64,000 nucleotides of DNA, taken from contig CAWFYS010000006.1 in the NCBI GenBank assembly GCA_963820075.1, positions 637,736 through 701,735 on the forward strand, given 5' to 3'. Source of the stretch: an uncultured Alphaproteobacteria bacterium. GTDB taxonomy: Bacteria; Pseudomonadota; Alphaproteobacteria; Rhizobiales; Rhizobiaceae. Below, one piece after another: positions 10,364-22,027 of the stretch. Made by a program: the position numbers and the translations under genes. The notes under the pieces are model-generated. The model did no database searches. It saw only the letters and a program-made list of their open reading frames with translations, and was not told where the DNA came from. How positions within the stretch are numbered: the stretch's first letter is position 1; each line of letters starts with the position of its first letter.

Positions 10364-11821
10364 TTAGCCGGCCTTCGCGGCGCGATAAACGTTGACGCCG
10401 AGTTCTCGGATCTTCTTGCGCAATGTGTTGCGGTTGAGGCCCAGCAGGTCGGCCGCCTTGATCTGGTTGCCGCGCGTCGCGGTCATCGCCGCCAACACCA
10501 GCGGAAACTCGACCTCGGTCAGCACGCGCTGATAGAGGCCGGCGGGCGGCAGGTCCCCGCCGAAGGCGGAAAAATAGCGCTGGAGATAGTGCTCGACCGC
10601 TTGCCCGATCGAAAGGTCGTCGGGCAGCAGCCGGCCACCCGGCATGGTCGGCTGTTCGCCGGTCTTCAGTTCCGATTCGATAATTTCGGGCGAGATCTCG
10701 TCCTGGGCGTAAAGCGCCGCGAGCCGGCGGACGAGGTTTTCCAGTTCGCGCACGTTTCCCGGCCAGGGATAGCGTTTCATCAATTCGATGCCGCCGCTGG
10801 AGATGCGTTTTGTCTGCAAGCCCTCCTGCTCGCCCTGCTTGAAGAAGTGACGAACGAGATCGGGCACGTCCTCCGAGCGTTCGCGCAATGGCGGAAGGCG
10901 AAGCGGTACGACATTGATTCGATAGAACAAATCCTCGCGGAAGAGTCCCTGATTGATCAGTGTGCGAAGATCCTTGTTGGTCGCCGCGACGATGCGCACG
11001 TCGGTCTTGATCGGCGTTCGCCCGCCGACGGTCGTATATTCGCCCTGCTGGAGAACGCGCAACAGGCGCGTTTGCGCCTCCATCGGCATGTCGCCGATTT
11101 CGTCGAGGAACAGCGTTCCGCCCTCCGCCTGCTCAAAGCGGCCGGTCGACCGGTTCTGGGCGCCGGTAAATGCACCTTTCTCATGACCGAACAACTCGGA
11201 TTCGATCAGGTCGCGCGGAATGGCCGCCATGTTGATGGCAACGAACGGCCCATTGCGCCGGCGGCCGTATTCGTGCAGCGCGCGCGCCACCAATTCCTTG
11301 CCGGTCCCCAACTCGCCGGTGATCATCACCGTGAGATCGGTCTGCATCATGCGCGCCAGCATGCGGTAGATGTCCTGCATGGCCGGAGAGCGGCCTACCA
11401 GCGGCATTGATTCGGGCTGTTCGTCGGCCGTCGCGTCCTTCATCGGCCGCTTCGGCTCCGAGAGAGCGCGATTGACGATGGCAAGAAGCTCATTCAGGTC
11501 GAACGGCTTCGGAAGATATTCATACGCTCCCGTCTCGGAGGCGCGGATCGCCGTCATGAAGGTGTTCTGCGCGCTCATGACGATGACGGGCAGTTCCGGC
11601 CTTGCCTTCTTGATGCGCGGCAGCATGTCGAACGCGTTCTCGTCCGGCATCACGACATCGGTAATGACAATGTCGCCGTCGCCGGCCGCCACCCAGCGCC
11701 AAAGCGTCGCGGCATTGGACGTTACGCGCACATCGTGCCCGACCCGCGAAAGAGCCTGGTTGAGCACGGTGCGGATGGCGGCGTCGTCATCCGCCACAAG
11801 GATATTGCCGCGGGGCTTCAT
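10364..11821 (-). CDS. ntrC: Nitrogen regulation protein NtrC
   Basis: Receiver (TDVVMP), [24 protein letters not shown], Fis [13 protein letters not shown]. Confidence 0.97.
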   Translation of the reverse strand: MKPRGNILVADDDAAIRTVLNQALSRVGHDVRVTSNAATLWRWVAAGDGDIVITDVVMPDENAFDMLPRIKKARPELPVIVMSAQNTFMTAIRASETGAYEYLPKPFDLNELLAIVNRALSEPKRPMKDATADEQPESMPLVGRSPAMQDIYRMLARMMQTDLTVMITGELGTGKELVARALHEYGRRRNGPFVAINMAAIPRDLIESELFGHEKGAFTGAQNRSTGRFEQAEGGTLFLDEIGDMPMEAQTRLLRVLQQGEYTTVGGRTPIKTDVRIVAATNKDLRTLINQGLFREDLFYRINVVPLRLPPLRERSEDVPDLVRHFFKQGEQEGLQTKRISSGGIELMKRYPWPGNVRELENLVRRLAALYAQDEISPEIIESELKTGEQPTMPGGRLLPDDLSIGQAVEHYLQRYFSAFGGDLPPAGLYQRVLTEVEFPLVLAAMTATRGNQIKAADLLGLNRNTLRKKIRELGVNVYRAAKAG

Positions 11822-11822
11822 G

Positions 11823-12950
11823 TCACCTCTCGTTGCCGTCGCTGCCGGCGTGCGCTTCCTTCCAGGCTGGCATCATGATGCGGAAGGTCGTGCCGCGCGC
11901 GGTCGAATCACATTCGATGATGCCACCATGTTCGCCGACCAGCTTGGCGACCAGCGCGAGGCCCAGGCCGGAGCCGTTCGGCTTTGTCGTGATGAACGGA
12001 TCGAACAGGATCGGCAAAAGGTCATCCGGCACGCCGGGCCCGTTGTCGCGCACGCAGAACTCCAGCGGCAGCGATACCCGATCCTGCGAGCCGGGTGCGG
12101 ACACCCGGATGCCCGGCCGGAACGCCGTGGAAAGCGAAATTTCCGCCGCCGTCGAATTGCCGGTTGCTTCCGCCGCGTTCTTGACCAGGTTCAGGAAGAT
12201 CTGCACGAGCTGGTCACGGTTGGCGTAGACTGGCGGCAGTGATGGATCATAATCCTCGAAAATCTTGATCTTGCTTGCGAATCCGCTCTTGGCGACGGCC
12301 TTCACATGGTCCAGGACGACATGGATGTTGACAGGGTAGCGGTCGATCGGACGCTCATCGGAAAACACCTCCATGCGATCGACCAGAGAGACGATGCGAT
12401 CCGTCTCGTCGGTAATGAGGCGCGTCAGCGCGCGGTCCTCGTCGGACACCACCGCCTCAAGCAGTTGGGCGGCGCCGCGTATGCCGGAAAGCGGGTTCTT
12501 GATCTCGTGCGCCAGCATTGCCGCGAGACCGGTGACCGAACGCGCCGCACCGCGATGCGTCATCTGCCGGTCGATCTTGTCGGCCATCGACCGCTCCTGA
12601 AACATCAGGACGACGCAGCCAGGCATTTCGGGAACCGGCGAAGCGTAGAGATCGACGACCCTCTCGACCCCCAATCGCGGAGAGGAGATATCGACGCGAT
12701 ACTCGTTGACCGGTGCGTTCCGCTCCCGCACCTGGTCGACCAGCGTCAGAATCGGGCTGCCGAACGGCACAAAACGCGCCAGGGTCGCGCGTGACAGCAT
12801 TGCCGCGCTGGAGCGGAAAAAGTCTTCGGCATCGGCGTTGGCATATTTGATAAGCCCGTCGGCGCCGATCATGATCACCGGGCGGCGGATCGTGTTGAGC
12901 ACGATCTGCGCGGCGTCCGGCCCCCCGCGGGGCGGCGGTATCACATTCAT
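11823..12950 (-). CDS. ntrB: Sensor kinase NtrB
   Basis: [28 protein letters not shown]; start overlaps the dusB stop (ATGA). Confidence 0.96.
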   Translation of the reverse strand: MNVIPPPRGGPDAAQIVLNTIRRPVIMIGADGLIKYANADAEDFFRSSAAMLSRATLARFVPFGSPILTLVDQVRERNAPVNEYRVDISSPRLGVERVVDLYASPVPEMPGCVVLMFQERSMADKIDRQMTHRGAARSVTGLAAMLAHEIKNPLSGIRGAAQLLEAVVSDEDRALTRLITDETDRIVSLVDRMEVFSDERPIDRYPVNIHVVLDHVKAVAKSGFASKIKIFEDYDPSLPPVYANRDQLVQIFLNLVKNAAEATGNSTAAEISLSTAFRPGIRVSAPGSQDRVSLPLEFCVRDNGPGVPDDLLPILFDPFITTKPNGSGLGLALVAKLVGEHGGIIECDSTARGTTFRIMMPAWKEAHAGSDGNER

Positions 12951-13999
12951 GCCGCGCTCCGAATGTCTTCCGGCAAGGCAGCCGCGCCGAAAGCGCGGCG
13001 CAAGCCGGCGATAACGGACGCCGGGTCGAGCGACCGCAGGATCTCGGATCGCAGACCGGCCTGCGTGCTGGGCACGTGCCGGTCGAGATACCATCCGAGA
13101 TGCTTGCGCGCCTGGCGCAGCCCGCTCTCGGTGCCGTAGAGAGCCAGCATGTCCTCGTAGTGCGAGACCACATAGTCAGCGAGTTGCGCCCCATCCGCAG
13201 GACACCAGGCGCCGCTTCCCCCAGCGATCAGGCCGGCGGTCCAGGGCGCGCCGAAACTCGCCCGTCCCACCATCACCGCGTCGGCGCCGGACTGCCGAAG
13301 GACCGCCGCCGCATCGGCCCTGGTGCAAACGTCCCCATTGGCGACCACGGGAATGGACACCGCGTCCTTGACGCGGCGGATTGCCCGCCAGTCAGCCTTG
13401 CCCTCGTAGAATTGACAGCGGGTGCGCCCGTGGACCGTGACCATTCCGACACCGGCATTCTCGGCGCGGCGCGCCAGCACCGGCGCGTTCAGCGCGCTTT
13501 CGTCCCAGCCAAGCCGCATCTTCAGCGTCACCGGCACATCGACCGCACCTACCACCGCGTCGATCAGCGAGACGGCGTGATCGAGATCGCGCATGAGCGC
13601 CGAACCGGAATAGCCGCCCGTCACCTTCTTGGCCGGACAGCCCATATTGATGTCGATGATGCCGGCGCCCTCGCCCGTTGCAATGCGCGCCGCTTCCGCC
13701 ATGTGAGCAGCCTCGCGCCCGGCAAGCTGCACGACGTGAACATCGAGGCCGGAATGCCGGACCCGCAGTCGCGAACCGGCCCGGCCTTTCGCCAATTCGC
13801 CGCTCGCAACCATCTCGGAGACGACCAGACCTGCTCCGTGCGCGTGGGCGCGCATGCGCATCGCGTGATCGGTGATGCCGGACATCGGTGCGAGGAAGAC
13901 CCGGTTGCGGATGGTCAGGGAGCCGATCCGCAGAGGGGCCGCCAGAAGTGACGTTTCAGGCTCATGCACAAAAACAAAGCAGTTGGGGTTCATGCTCAA
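12947..13999 (-). CDS. dusB: tRNA-dihydrouridine synthase DusB (NifR3); true start may be GTG at 13969
   Basis: [31 protein letters not shown]; first gene of nifR3-ntrBC. Confidence 0.95.
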   Translation of the reverse strand: MSMNPNCFVFVHEPETSLLAAPLRIGSLTIRNRVFLAPMSGITDHAMRMRAHAHGAGLVVSEMVASGELAKGRAGSRLRVRHSGLDVHVVQLAGREAAHMAEAARIATGEGAGIIDINMGCPAKKVTGGYSGSALMRDLDHAVSLIDAVVGAVDVPVTLKMRLGWDESALNAPVLARRAENAGVGMVTVHGRTRCQFYEGKADWRAIRRVKDAVSIPVVANGDVCTRADAAAVLRQSGADAVMVGRASFGAPWTAGLIAGGSGAWCPADGAQLADYVVSHYEDMLALYGTESGLRQARKHLGWYLDRHVPSTQAGLRSEILRSLDPASVIAGLRRAFGAAALPEDIRSAA

Positions 14000-14009
14000 T
14001 TTCTAGACA
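13965..14009. promoter_or_regulatory. Two putative tandem NtrC-binding sites at the dusB-ntrBC promoter
   Basis: 17-mers TGCAC-AAAAACA-AAGCA (13965-13981) and TGCTC-AATTTCT-AGACA (13993-14009) resemble TGCAC-N7-GTGCA. Confidence 0.55.
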
Positions 14010-14106
14010 GAATTGAAGGGAAGCGCAACTCTCGGCATCGCTAAATTTTTCGACACCTGGACGAAAGCGCTGGTTCTGGCCGAGCCTTGCGACTAAGCCT
14101 CCCAAC

Positions 14107-15321
14107 ATGGTCTTTTCAGTGTCATCAGCAGCGGATCGCGGCGTTGCGGTCGTCATCGTGGCCGCCGGCCGTGGTGAACGCGCCGGGCAGAGCGGCGGGC
14201 CGAAGCAGTATCGCCAGGTTGGCGGCAAGCCGATCATTCGGCGCACCGTCGAAACCTTCCTGAAGCATGCGGCAATTGGGCCTGTTGCAGTCGTGATCCA
14301 TCGCGACGACCCGGCCCTCTACGCCGAGGCCGTCGGCGCGTTTGCCGACAGGCCTATCCTCGTGGAAGGCGGAGCGACGCGCCAGGACTCGGTACGCCTC
14401 GGCCTGGAAGCACTCGTTGAGGCTCGGCCCGGCAAGGTATTGATCCACGACGCGGTGCGGCCCTTCGTCGATGCCGCCCTGATCGACCGCGTAATCGACG
14501 CGATCGGCGAAAGGCAGGCGGCGCTGCCGGCTGTCCCGGTTTCCGACACGCTGAAACGCTCGGGCGAAGACGGACTGGTTTCCGACACGGTCGCTCGCGA
14601 CCGGCTTTTCGCGGCCCAGACGCCACAAGGCTTTCCGTTCCGCCCGATTTATGAGGCGCATCTGGAGGCCGAACGGCTGGGCAAACTGGATTTCACCGAC
14701 GACGCCGCGCTCGCCGAGTGGAGCGGGTTGCCGGTCAAGCTCGTCGAGGGCTCCCCCGATAACGTCAAGCTGACCTGGGCCAGGGACATCGAAATGGCCG
14801 ACCTTTCCGCCTCGCTTACGCGCTTTCCCGACGTCCGCACCGGCAATGGCTATGACGTGCACGCATTCGAGGCAGGTGACCATGTCTGGCTTTGCGGGGT
14901 CAGGATTCCGCACGCAAGGAAACTCGCCGGCCATTCGGATGCCGATGTCGGTCTGCACGCGCTGACCGACGCGCTGCTGGCGACCTGCGGCGCCGGCGAC
15001 ATCGGCACCCACTTCCCGCCATCCGACCCGCAATGGAAAGGCGCGGCGTCGAAGCGGTTCGTCGGGCACGCAGTAGCCCTCATTCGTGCCCGGTACGGCC
15101 GTATAGCCAATGCCGACGTGACGCTGATCTGCGAGGCGCCCCGCATCGGCCCGCACCGTGATGCGATGACCGCGGCGATGGCGTCCATGCTGGCGATCGA
15201 TCCGGGACGCGTCTCGATCAAGGCGACCACCAACGAGAAACTGGGCTTCATAGGCCGTAAGGAAGGCATCGCCGCGATCGCGACGGCGACCGTCGTTTTC
15301 CCGGGAGAGCTGGACCCGTGA
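14107..15321 (+). CDS. ispDF: Bifunctional IspD/IspF
   Basis: AAGRGERAG...[19 protein letters not shown]; Isp[27 protein letters not shown]. Confidence 0.97.
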   Translation: MVFSVSSAADRGVAVVIVAAGRGERAGQSGGPKQYRQVGGKPIIRRTVETFLKHAAIGPVAVVIHRDDPALYAEAVGAFADRPILVEGGATRQDSVRLGLEALVEARPGKVLIHDAVRPFVDAALIDRVIDAIGERQAALPAVPVSDTLKRSGEDGLVSDTVARDRLFAAQTPQGFPFRPIYEAHLEAERLGKLDFTDDAALAEWSGLPVKLVEGSPDNVKLTWARDIEMADLSASLTRFPDVRTGNGYDVHAFEAGDHVWLCGVRIPHARKLAGHSDADVGLHALTDALLATCGAGDIGTHFPPSDPQWKGAASKRFVGHAVALIRARYGRIANADVTLICEAPRIGPHRDAMTAAMASMLAIDPGRVSIKATTNEKLGFIGRKEGIAAIATATVVFPGELDP

Positions 15322-15830
15322 GCGAAACCGGTGAACTGGCGAACCGTTTCCTGAAGGCCTGCGCAAAACACGGAATCATGGCCGCTACCGCCGAGTCCTG
15401 CACCGGGGGCCTGATCGTCGCGGCGCTCACGGATATTCCGGGTTCTTCGTCCGTGGTGGATCGCGGCTTCGTCACCTATTCCAACGCAGCGAAGATCGAA
15501 ATGGTCGGCGTATCGAAGGACACGCTCGACCGGCACGGCGCCGTATCGCGCGACACCGCCCTGGAAATGGCCGCCGGTGCGCTTGCCCGCTCGCGCGCCG
15601 GCATCGCGCTGGCGGTCACGGGCATTGCCGGACCCGACGGCGGCTCGCCGGAAAAGCCGGTCGGCCTGGTCTGGTTCGGACTTGCCGTCTCGGGCCAGCC
15701 GCCCCATGCCGAGAGGCGGCTGTTCGAAAATCGCGGCCGCGATTTCATCCGCCGGGAAAGCGTGCGGGTCGCGCTGGAACTTGGATTGAAGGCACTGGCT
15801 AAAGGTCAGGATGCCGGCGTGATTCCATAG
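15318..15830 (+). CDS. cinA: CinA family protein (NMN deamidase PncC-like)
   Basis: [25 protein letters not shown]. Confidence 0.92.
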   Translation: MSETGELANRFLKACAKHGIMAATAESCTGGLIVAALTDIPGSSSVVDRGFVTYSNAAKIEMVGVSKDTLDRHGAVSRDTALEMAAGALARSRAGIALAVTGIAGPDGGSPEKPVGLVWFGLAVSGQPPHAERRLFENRGRDFIRRESVRVALELGLKALAKGQDAGVIP

Positions 15831-16267
15831 ACCTTGTCCGCGCGCTTCTCGAAGGCTTGGGCGAACATGCGGAAGGCGCGATCGAACATCGTTCCCATGA
15901 CGGCTCCGAGCAGTTTGCTCTTGAACTCGTAGTCGATCGAGAAATGAACGTTGGAGGTCCCGGGCTCCGCCGGCTCGAACCGCCAGACATTCGTCAGATA
16001 TTTGAACGGCCCGTCGAGATATCTGACCTCGATGCGGCTCTCCTCGGGCTTCAGATGCACCTGGCTGGTGAAAGTCTCGCGGATCGCCTTGTATCCGACG
16101 GTCATGTCGGCAACCAGGATGGACTGGCCGTCGCGGTCCTTGCGCGAGCGCACGATCAGCCCCTCGCAAAGCGGCAGGAACTCCGGATAGCTCTCCACAT
16201 CCGCAACCAGCGCGAACATGTTTTCCGGACGATGCCGGACGTGCCTGACCGTCTCAAAGCTCGGCAT
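15806..16267 (-). CDS. ratA: RatA/PasT (Coq10-like START domain) protein
   Basis: MFALVADVESYPEFLPLC, GPFKYL.N.W.F, AFEKRA; usual position after lipA. Confidence 0.88.
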   Translation of the reverse strand: MPSFETVRHVRHRPENMFALVADVESYPEFLPLCEGLIVRSRKDRDGQSILVADMTVGYKAIRETFTSQVHLKPEESRIEVRYLDGPFKYLTNVWRFEPAEPGTSNVHFSIDYEFKSKLLGAVMGTMFDRAFRMFAQAFEKRADKVYGITPAS

Positions 16268-16274
16268 GACCGCC

Positions 16275-17240
16275 TCAGACGGCCTTCCCCAGCATGGCTT
16301 CGCGGGCGGCGCGCAGCCGCGCGAAATCCTCGCCGGCATGGTGCGACGAGCGCGTAAGCGGGCTCGACGCCATCAGCAGGAAGCCTTTCGACAAGCCGAT
16401 CGTCTGATAGGACTTGAAATCCTCCGGGGTTACGAACTTCTTCACCGGGTGATGCTTCTTCGACGGCTGCAAATACTGCCCGATCGTCATGAAGTCGACG
16501 TCGGCCGAACGCAAATCGTCCATCAGTTGCAACACTTCGTTGCGCTCCTCCCCCAGCCCGACCATGATTCCGGACTTTGTGAAGATGGATGGGTCGAGTT
16601 CCTTGACCCGCTGCAGGAGGCGAATCGAGTGGAAATAGCGAGCACCGGGACGAACGGTGAGATAGTTCGAAGGCACGGTTTCGAGGTTGTGGTTGAACAC
16701 ATCCGGCTTGGCCGCCACCACGATCTCCAGTGCGCCATCCTTCCGCAGGAAGTCGGGCGTCAAAATCTCGATCGTCGTTCCCGGATTGAGCGCCCGGAGG
16801 TTCCTGATAACGGCCGCGAAGTGGCGCGCCCCACCGTCGTCCAGATCGTCCCGGTCAACCGAGGTGATGACGACGTGGTTGAGGCCCATCTTTCTGACCG
16901 CCCTGGCCACGCTGCCCGGCTCGGTCGGGTCGAGCGCGTTGGGGCGTCCGGTAGCGACGTTGCAGAAAGCGCAGGCGCGCGTGCAGATATCGCCCATGAT
17001 CATGAAGGTGGCGTGCTTCTTGTCCCAGCACTCGCCTATGTTCGGGCAGCCGGCTTCCTCGCACACCGTGACGAGCTTGTGCGAGCGCACGATCTCGCGC
17101 GTCTCGGCGTAACCCTTCGATGTCGGCGCCTTCACGCGGATCCAATCCGGCTTGCGCGCGACCTCCTGATCCGGACGATGCGCTTTTTCCGGATGGCGTG
17201 GGCGGGGCGCGTCCGAGACGCGGTCGAGAACCGTGACCAT
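16275..17240 (-). CDS. lipA: Lipoyl synthase
   Basis: [12 protein letters not shown] and CTRACAFC motifs, RSS near C-terminus. Confidence 0.98.
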   Translation of the reverse strand: MVTVLDRVSDAPRPRHPEKAHRPDQEVARKPDWIRVKAPTSKGYAETREIVRSHKLVTVCEEAGCPNIGECWDKKHATFMIMGDICTRACAFCNVATGRPNALDPTEPGSVARAVRKMGLNHVVITSVDRDDLDDGGARHFAAVIRNLRALNPGTTIEILTPDFLRKDGALEIVVAAKPDVFNHNLETVPSNYLTVRPGARYFHSIRLLQRVKELDPSIFTKSGIMVGLGEERNEVLQLMDDLRSADVDFMTIGQYLQPSKKHHPVKKFVTPEDFKSYQTIGLSKGFLLMASSPLTRSSHHAGEDFARLRAAREAMLGKAV

Positions 17241-17248
17241 CGTAAATC

Positions 17249-17533
17249 CTAGTTGATCTTGTTGGGCCGGGAACGCCCGAAAAGCCAGAGAATGAGGATC
17301 GCACCGCCAATTGCGACGCCGAGATTGCCGACGAAGCCGTAATAGTCGAAGCCGAGCACACTCGCCAGCGTGCCGCCGACGAACGAGCCGGCAATACCGA
17401 CCAGTATGTTGGTCAGCACCCCGTGATCGCGATTCATCGTCTTCTCGGCCACATAGCCGGCCAGGAAGCCGATGATCAGCATGCCGAAGAAGCCGGTGCC
17501 CGGCATGCTCAGGATTCCATGGCTCTGGTCCAT
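17249..17533 (-). CDS. GlsB/YeaQ/YmgE family small membrane protein
   Basis: Gly-rich TM helices [10 protein letters not shown]...[13 protein letters not shown]...AIGGAILIL. Confidence 0.85.
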   Translation of the reverse strand: MDQSHGILSMPGTGFFGMLIIGFLAGYVAEKTMNRDHGVLTNILVGIAGSFVGGTLASVLGFDYYGFVGNLGVAIGGAILILWLFGRSRPNKIN

Positions 17534-17601
17534 GCTCGTCTCCATCCGCGTCAATATAGATTGAACGAGGCCGCTCCGACAGGTGGCGCGGCCCCAGTCT
17601 G

Positions 17602-19047
17602 CTATGCGTTCAGCGCACGGCCATAGGCATCGAGCACGCTTTCCTTCATCATCTCCGAAAGCGTCGGATGCGGGAAGACCGAGTGCATCAGTTCTTCCTC
17701 GGTCGTTTCCAGATTCATGGCGACGACAAAGCCCTGAATGAGTTCGGTAACTTCGGCGCCGATCATGTGAGCGCCCAGAAGCTGGCCGGTCTTCCTGTCG
17801 AAGATCGTCTTGATGAAACCCTGATCCTCGCCGAGCGCGATCGCTTTTCCGTTGGCGCCGAACTGGAAGCGGCCGACACGAATGTCCCTGCCCTCGGCTT
17901 TGGCCTTCTGTTCAGTGAGGCCGACCGACGCGACCTGCGGGTTGCAATAGGTGCAGCCGGGGATTTTCGACTTGTCGAGCGCATGGACGCCGCCAAGATT
18001 GGCGATCTTTTCCACGCAGATGACACCCTCGTGTTCCGCCTTGTGGGCAAGCATGGGCGGACCGGCAACGTCGCCGATGGCGTATAGGCCCGGCACGTTG
18101 GTTCTTCCATAGCCGTCCGCCACGACACAGCCGCGGTCCGTCTTCACACCAAGCGCTTCCAGGCCGAGATTCTCGATGTTGCCCTGCACGCCGACCGCCG
18201 AGATCATGCGCTCGGCGGTGATCTTCTCGACCTTGCCGTCCTTCATCTCGACATGGGCGGTGACCGAATCCGCTCCCCTCTCCACCTTGATGACCTTGGC
18301 CTCCAGATGGATCTTCATGCCCTGCTTTTCGAACTGTTTCCTGGCAAAGGCCGAGACTTCCGCGTCCTCGACCGGCATGACCGCCGGCAGCAACTCGACC
18401 ACGGTGACGTCCGCGCCCATCGTCCGATAGAAGCTGGCAAACTCGATGCCGATGGCGCCCGAGCCCATCACCAGCAGCGATTTCGGCATCTCCTTGGGCA
18501 CCATGGCTTCGAAATAGGTCCAGATCAGCTTGCCGTCCGGCTCGATCCCGGGCAGCGCGCGCGGCCGCGCTCCGGTGGCCAGTATTATGTGCTTGGCTGT
18601 GTAGGTACCCTCGCCCTTGGTGTTTTTCGGCGCCGGGTGCTGCGGCTCCATCGGCTTTTTCGACGACTTCGAGACAATGATCTCGCCGGGTTTCGAAAGC
18701 TTCGCCTCGCCCCAGATCACATCGACCTTGTTCTTCTTCATCAGGAAACCGACGCCGCCGTTCAGGCGCGCGGAAACGCCGCGCGAGCGGTCGACCACAG
18801 CCTTCACATCCGCCGATACGGTCCCGTCGATCTTTAGACCGTAGGCCTTGGCGTGCTCGGCATAGTGCAGGATCTCGGCGGAGCGCAGCAGCGCCTTGGT
18901 CGGAATGCAGCCCCAGTTCAGGCAGATGCCACCCAGATGCTCGCGCTCGACGATCGCGGTCTTGAAGCCGAGCTGGGCCGAACGGACGGCGGTTACGTAG
19001 CCGCCCGGGCCGGAGCCGATGATGATCACGTCGTAGGATTCAGCCAC
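17602..19047 (-). CDS. lpdA: Dihydrolipoyl dehydrogenase (PDH E3)
   Basis: [20 protein letters not shown] disulfide, HPTLSE. Confidence 0.98.
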   Translation of the reverse strand: MAESYDVIIIGSGPGGYVTAVRSAQLGFKTAIVEREHLGGICLNWGCIPTKALLRSAEILHYAEHAKAYGLKIDGTVSADVKAVVDRSRGVSARLNGGVGFLMKKNKVDVIWGEAKLSKPGEIIVSKSSKKPMEPQHPAPKNTKGEGTYTAKHIILATGARPRALPGIEPDGKLIWTYFEAMVPKEMPKSLLVMGSGAIGIEFASFYRTMGADVTVVELLPAVMPVEDAEVSAFARKQFEKQGMKIHLEAKVIKVERGADSVTAHVEMKDGKVEKITAERMISAVGVQGNIENLGLEALGVKTDRGCVVADGYGRTNVPGLYAIGDVAGPPMLAHKAEHEGVICVEKIANLGGVHALDKSKIPGCTYCNPQVASVGLTEQKAKAEGRDIRVGRFQFGANGKAIALGEDQGFIKTIFDRKTGQLLGAHMIGAEVTELIQGFVVAMNLETTEEELMHSVFPHPTLSEMMKESVLDAYGRALNA

Positions 19048-19132
19048 TGAGCACTACCTCCTGCATTTGCTTGTCCCGCGGCGACGCCAAACCGGTCACC
19101 GTCATTTCCCTTGTCCAAGGCCTTCGCGGCGG

Positions 19133-19771
19133 TCAGACCTCAAGCAGGGCCCGCACCGCCGGCGCCAGTCCACTGCCGATCGCCCGCGTATTTTCAGCGT
19201 CGAGATGAACGCCATCGATCGGCGTCGTCCGGGCGACCGATCCCGCGTCGAAAAACCCGCAGTCATACTCCCTGGCGAGATCGGCGTAGAGCCTTGCCAG
19301 TTTCCTGGATTCGGCCACGCCGCCGTCGAACATGGCGTCGAAATCGGCATCGCTCGTCGCGGTAAGCGGCGGCGGCGCCGCCAGCAAAACCCGCGGCGGC
19401 CGGCCACCCAGCGGATAGGCGTGGCCGCGCACGATTTCGACAAGCCGCTCCATTCCCTGCTTTGCACCTATGGCCCGGCCGCAGATGAACGGCTTCATGT
19501 CGTTGGCGCCGAGCATGATGATGATCAGGTCGAGCGGCGCGTGAGTCTGAAGGATGGTCGGCAGAACGCGCGCGCCGTTGCGGTCGCAGTCGGCGAGGTG
19601 ATCGTCATAGGCTGTCGTGCGGCCGTTCAGCCCTTCGGCGATCACCACCACGCCCGGCCCGAGTTCGGCGGCAAGCACGCTCGGCCACCGATCCTCATAG
19701 GCATGGCGGTCGGGACCTACGGCGCAATAGCCCCAGGTCAGCGAGTTGCCGTAGCAAAGCGCGGTCTTCAA
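19133..19771 (-). CDS. SGNH/GDSL hydrolase (arylesterase-like)
   Basis: YGNSLTWG (GDSL variant), GLNGRTT, LGAND, DGVH; TTG start behind GGAGG. Confidence 0.88.
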   Translation of the reverse strand: MKTALCYGNSLTWGYCAVGPDRHAYEDRWPSVLAAELGPGVVVIAEGLNGRTTAYDDHLADCDRNGARVLPTILQTHAPLDLIIIMLGANDMKPFICGRAIGAKQGMERLVEIVRGHAYPLGGRPPRVLLAAPPPLTATSDADFDAMFDGGVAESRKLARLYADLAREYDCGFFDAGSVARTTPIDGVHLDAENTRAIGSGLAPAVRALLEV

Positions 19772-19804
19772 CCTGCCTTCCTCCAATACGGGAACGAACC
19801 TCGA

Positions 19805-20347
19805 TCAGGCGTTGCGCAAGCCGATCGCGACCATCAGAAGGAACACCCCGTTCGACAGCAACTCGATGGCCAGCAGGATGCCGAGCACCGAAGCCGCCGC
19901 GTAGGGGAAGTTCGACAGGATCATGATGCCGAGCACGATGGACAGCACGCCCGACAGCACCGCGAGGATCCACCCGGAGACCGGACGAAGCGAGAAGCCG
20001 TAGAACACCTTGACCACGCCCAGCACCAGGAACAGCAGCGCAACCAGCACGGTGAGCGACAGCGCGCCGGCCACCGGGTTGGTCAGCAGCGAAAGGCCTA
20101 CCGCCGCGGTCAGCACGCCGAGCAGCAGGGCCCACAGAAAGCCCGGCCAACCGCGTACCCGGAAAGCCTGGACAACCTGCAGCACGCCTAACAGCAGGAA
20201 CGTCCAGCCGGCCAGGAGAACCGCGGCGAATGTCGCGGCAAACGGATTGGCGAGCGCGAGGAAGCCACCGACGAGCGAAATGACGCCCAGCAAGGCAAGC
20301 CAAATCCACGAAGTCTTAAGTCGTTGAACCTGTTCGCCAGTTGCCAT
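19805..20347 (-). CDS. HdeD/DUF308 family membrane protein
   Basis: Six hydrophobic helices with a repeated W..LLLGVL..GL..L.NP pattern. Confidence 0.85.
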   Translation of the reverse strand: MATGEQVQRLKTSWIWLALLGVISLVGGFLALANPFAATFAAVLLAGWTFLLLGVLQVVQAFRVRGWPGFLWALLLGVLTAAVGLSLLTNPVAGALSLTVLVALLFLVLGVVKVFYGFSLRPVSGWILAVLSGVLSIVLGIMILSNFPYAAASVLGILLAIELLSNGVFLLMVAIGLRNA

Positions 20348-20378
20348 AGTGGCCTCCTGATTTGGAAAGGTCGAATTA

Positions 20379-21734
20379 TCAGACCAGCATTCCGATCGGA
20401 TTTTCTATGTAGCGCTTGAAGGCGCCGAGCAATTGGGCGCCGAGCGCGCCGTCGACGGCGCGATGGTCGGTCGACAAGGTTGCCGACATCACCGTTGCCA
20501 CCTTGACCTCGCCATTCTTGACTACCGCGCGCGGCTCGCCCGCGCCGACCGCCAGGATCGTCGCATGGGGCGGGTTGATGACGGCCGCGAAGTCCTTGAT
20601 TCCGAACATGCCAAGATTGGACACCGCTGTCGTGCCTCCCTGGTACTCTTCCGGTTTCAGCTTGCGGCTCTTGGCCCGGCTTGCATAGTCCTTCATCTCG
20701 TTGGAGATCGTCGACAGCGTCTTCTGATCCGCCCGCCGGATGATCGGCGTGATCAGCCCTCCCGGGATAGAGACGGCGACGCCGACATCGGCACGGCTGT
20801 GCCTGACCATTGCGGTGTCGGTCCAGGTGACGTTGGCGTCCGGCACCTCGATCAGCGCCAGCGCCAGCGCCTTGATGACCATGTCGTTGACCGACAGCTT
20901 GTAGATCGGGACCTCGCCCTTTTCCGTCTTCCTGACGGGTGCCGCCGCGTTCAACTCGCCACGCATCTTGAGCAGCGCGTCGAGTTCGACGTCAAGCGTC
21001 AGATAGAAATGCGGAATGGTGCTCTTGGCCTCGACCAGCCGGCGCGCGATCGTCTTGCGCATGTTGTCGTGCGGCACGAGTTCGTAGGAGCCCTGCTCGA
21101 ACAGCTTCAGCACAGTCTCGTCCGACATCGACTTCGGCGCGGGCGCGGCTGAAGCCGCCGGCGCGGCAGCGGCGGCCGGCGCGGCCGCAGCCACTGCGGC
21201 TGGAGCCTTCACCCCGCCTGCGATCGCAGCTTCCACATCCGCCTTGACAACCCGGCCGTGCGGACCCGATCCGGCAATCGCCGACACGTCGATGTTCCCA
21301 TCCTTGGCGATGCGGCGCGCCAGCGGCGAAGCGAATGTGCGCTCCCCGGCGGCATGCCCGTTCGTCACCGGCGCGGCGGCGGCAGCCGGCTTTGGCGTTT
21401 CCGCCTTGGCTTCGGCCTTGGGCGCTTCGGCCTTTGGAGCCTCGGCCTTGGCGGCAGGGGCGCCGCCTTTGGCCGCGGCTGCGGCGTCTTCGCCCTCGCC
21501 CGCCAGAACGGCGATCAGCGCGTTGACCTTGACGCCTTCGGTGCCCGCCGGCACGACAATCCTGGCGACCGTGCCTTCGTCGACGGCCTCGACTTCCATC
21601 GTGGCCTTATCGGTCTCGATCTCCGCGATGACGTCGCCGGGCGACACCTTGTCGCCCTCCTTGACCAGCCACTTGGCGAGATTGCCTTCCTCCATCGTGG
21701 GCGATAGGGCCGGCATGGTTATGTTGATCGGCAT
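20379..21734 (-). CDS. pdhC: PDH dihydrolipoamide acetyltransferase (E2)
   Basis: Lipoyl domain ETDKAT, E3-binding ASPLARR, catalytic DHRAVDG. Confidence 0.98.
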   Translation of the reverse strand: MPINITMPALSPTMEEGNLAKWLVKEGDKVSPGDVIAEIETDKATMEVEAVDEGTVARIVVPAGTEGVKVNALIAVLAGEGEDAAAAAKGGAPAAKAEAPKAEAPKAEAKAETPKPAAAAAPVTNGHAAGERTFASPLARRIAKDGNIDVSAIAGSGPHGRVVKADVEAAIAGGVKAPAAVAAAAPAAAAAPAASAAPAPKSMSDETVLKLFEQGSYELVPHDNMRKTIARRLVEAKSTIPHFYLTLDVELDALLKMRGELNAAAPVRKTEKGEVPIYKLSVNDMVIKALALALIEVPDANVTWTDTAMVRHSRADVGVAVSIPGGLITPIIRRADQKTLSTISNEMKDYASRAKSRKLKPEEYQGGTTAVSNLGMFGIKDFAAVINPPHATILAVGAGEPRAVVKNGEVKVATVMSATLSTDHRAVDGALGAQLLGAFKRYIENPIGMLV

Positions 21735-21743
21735 TTTTCCTCC

Positions 21744-22024
21744 TCAGATCCGACCCGAAAGGGAGCGGTTGACGCGTGTTGAACCGCCCGGATTCTCGGC
21801 CGCGAAAGCCGTCCCGGGCGCCGGAAGCGTCGCGATGTCGGCAACGCCTCTCCATTCCGGCGAGTTGCGTCGCGGCATCCGCCAGCACCATTCCCAGTTC
21901 CAGGCACCAGGCTCGAAGCACTCTTTATCGAGGCGATCGCGCCGGACCCGATCCGGGCGCGAGGCACCTTGTCCGTGTCGCTGCCCGCGTTCACCCGACC
22001 GGGACCATCGCGTTCGCGATCCAC
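21744..22024 (-). CDS. Possible small Trp-rich hypothetical protein between pdhB and pdhC (may be frameshifted)
   Basis: GTG start at 22024 behind GAGG; a second frame gives ECFEPGAWNWEWCWRMP and stops just before the pdhC RBS. Confidence 0.35.
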
Positions 22025-22027
22025 GCC

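Noticed and set aside
15806-16267. Toxin-antitoxin module
   Set aside because: RatA/Coq10-like gene in its usual housekeeping position after lipA, with no partner gene.
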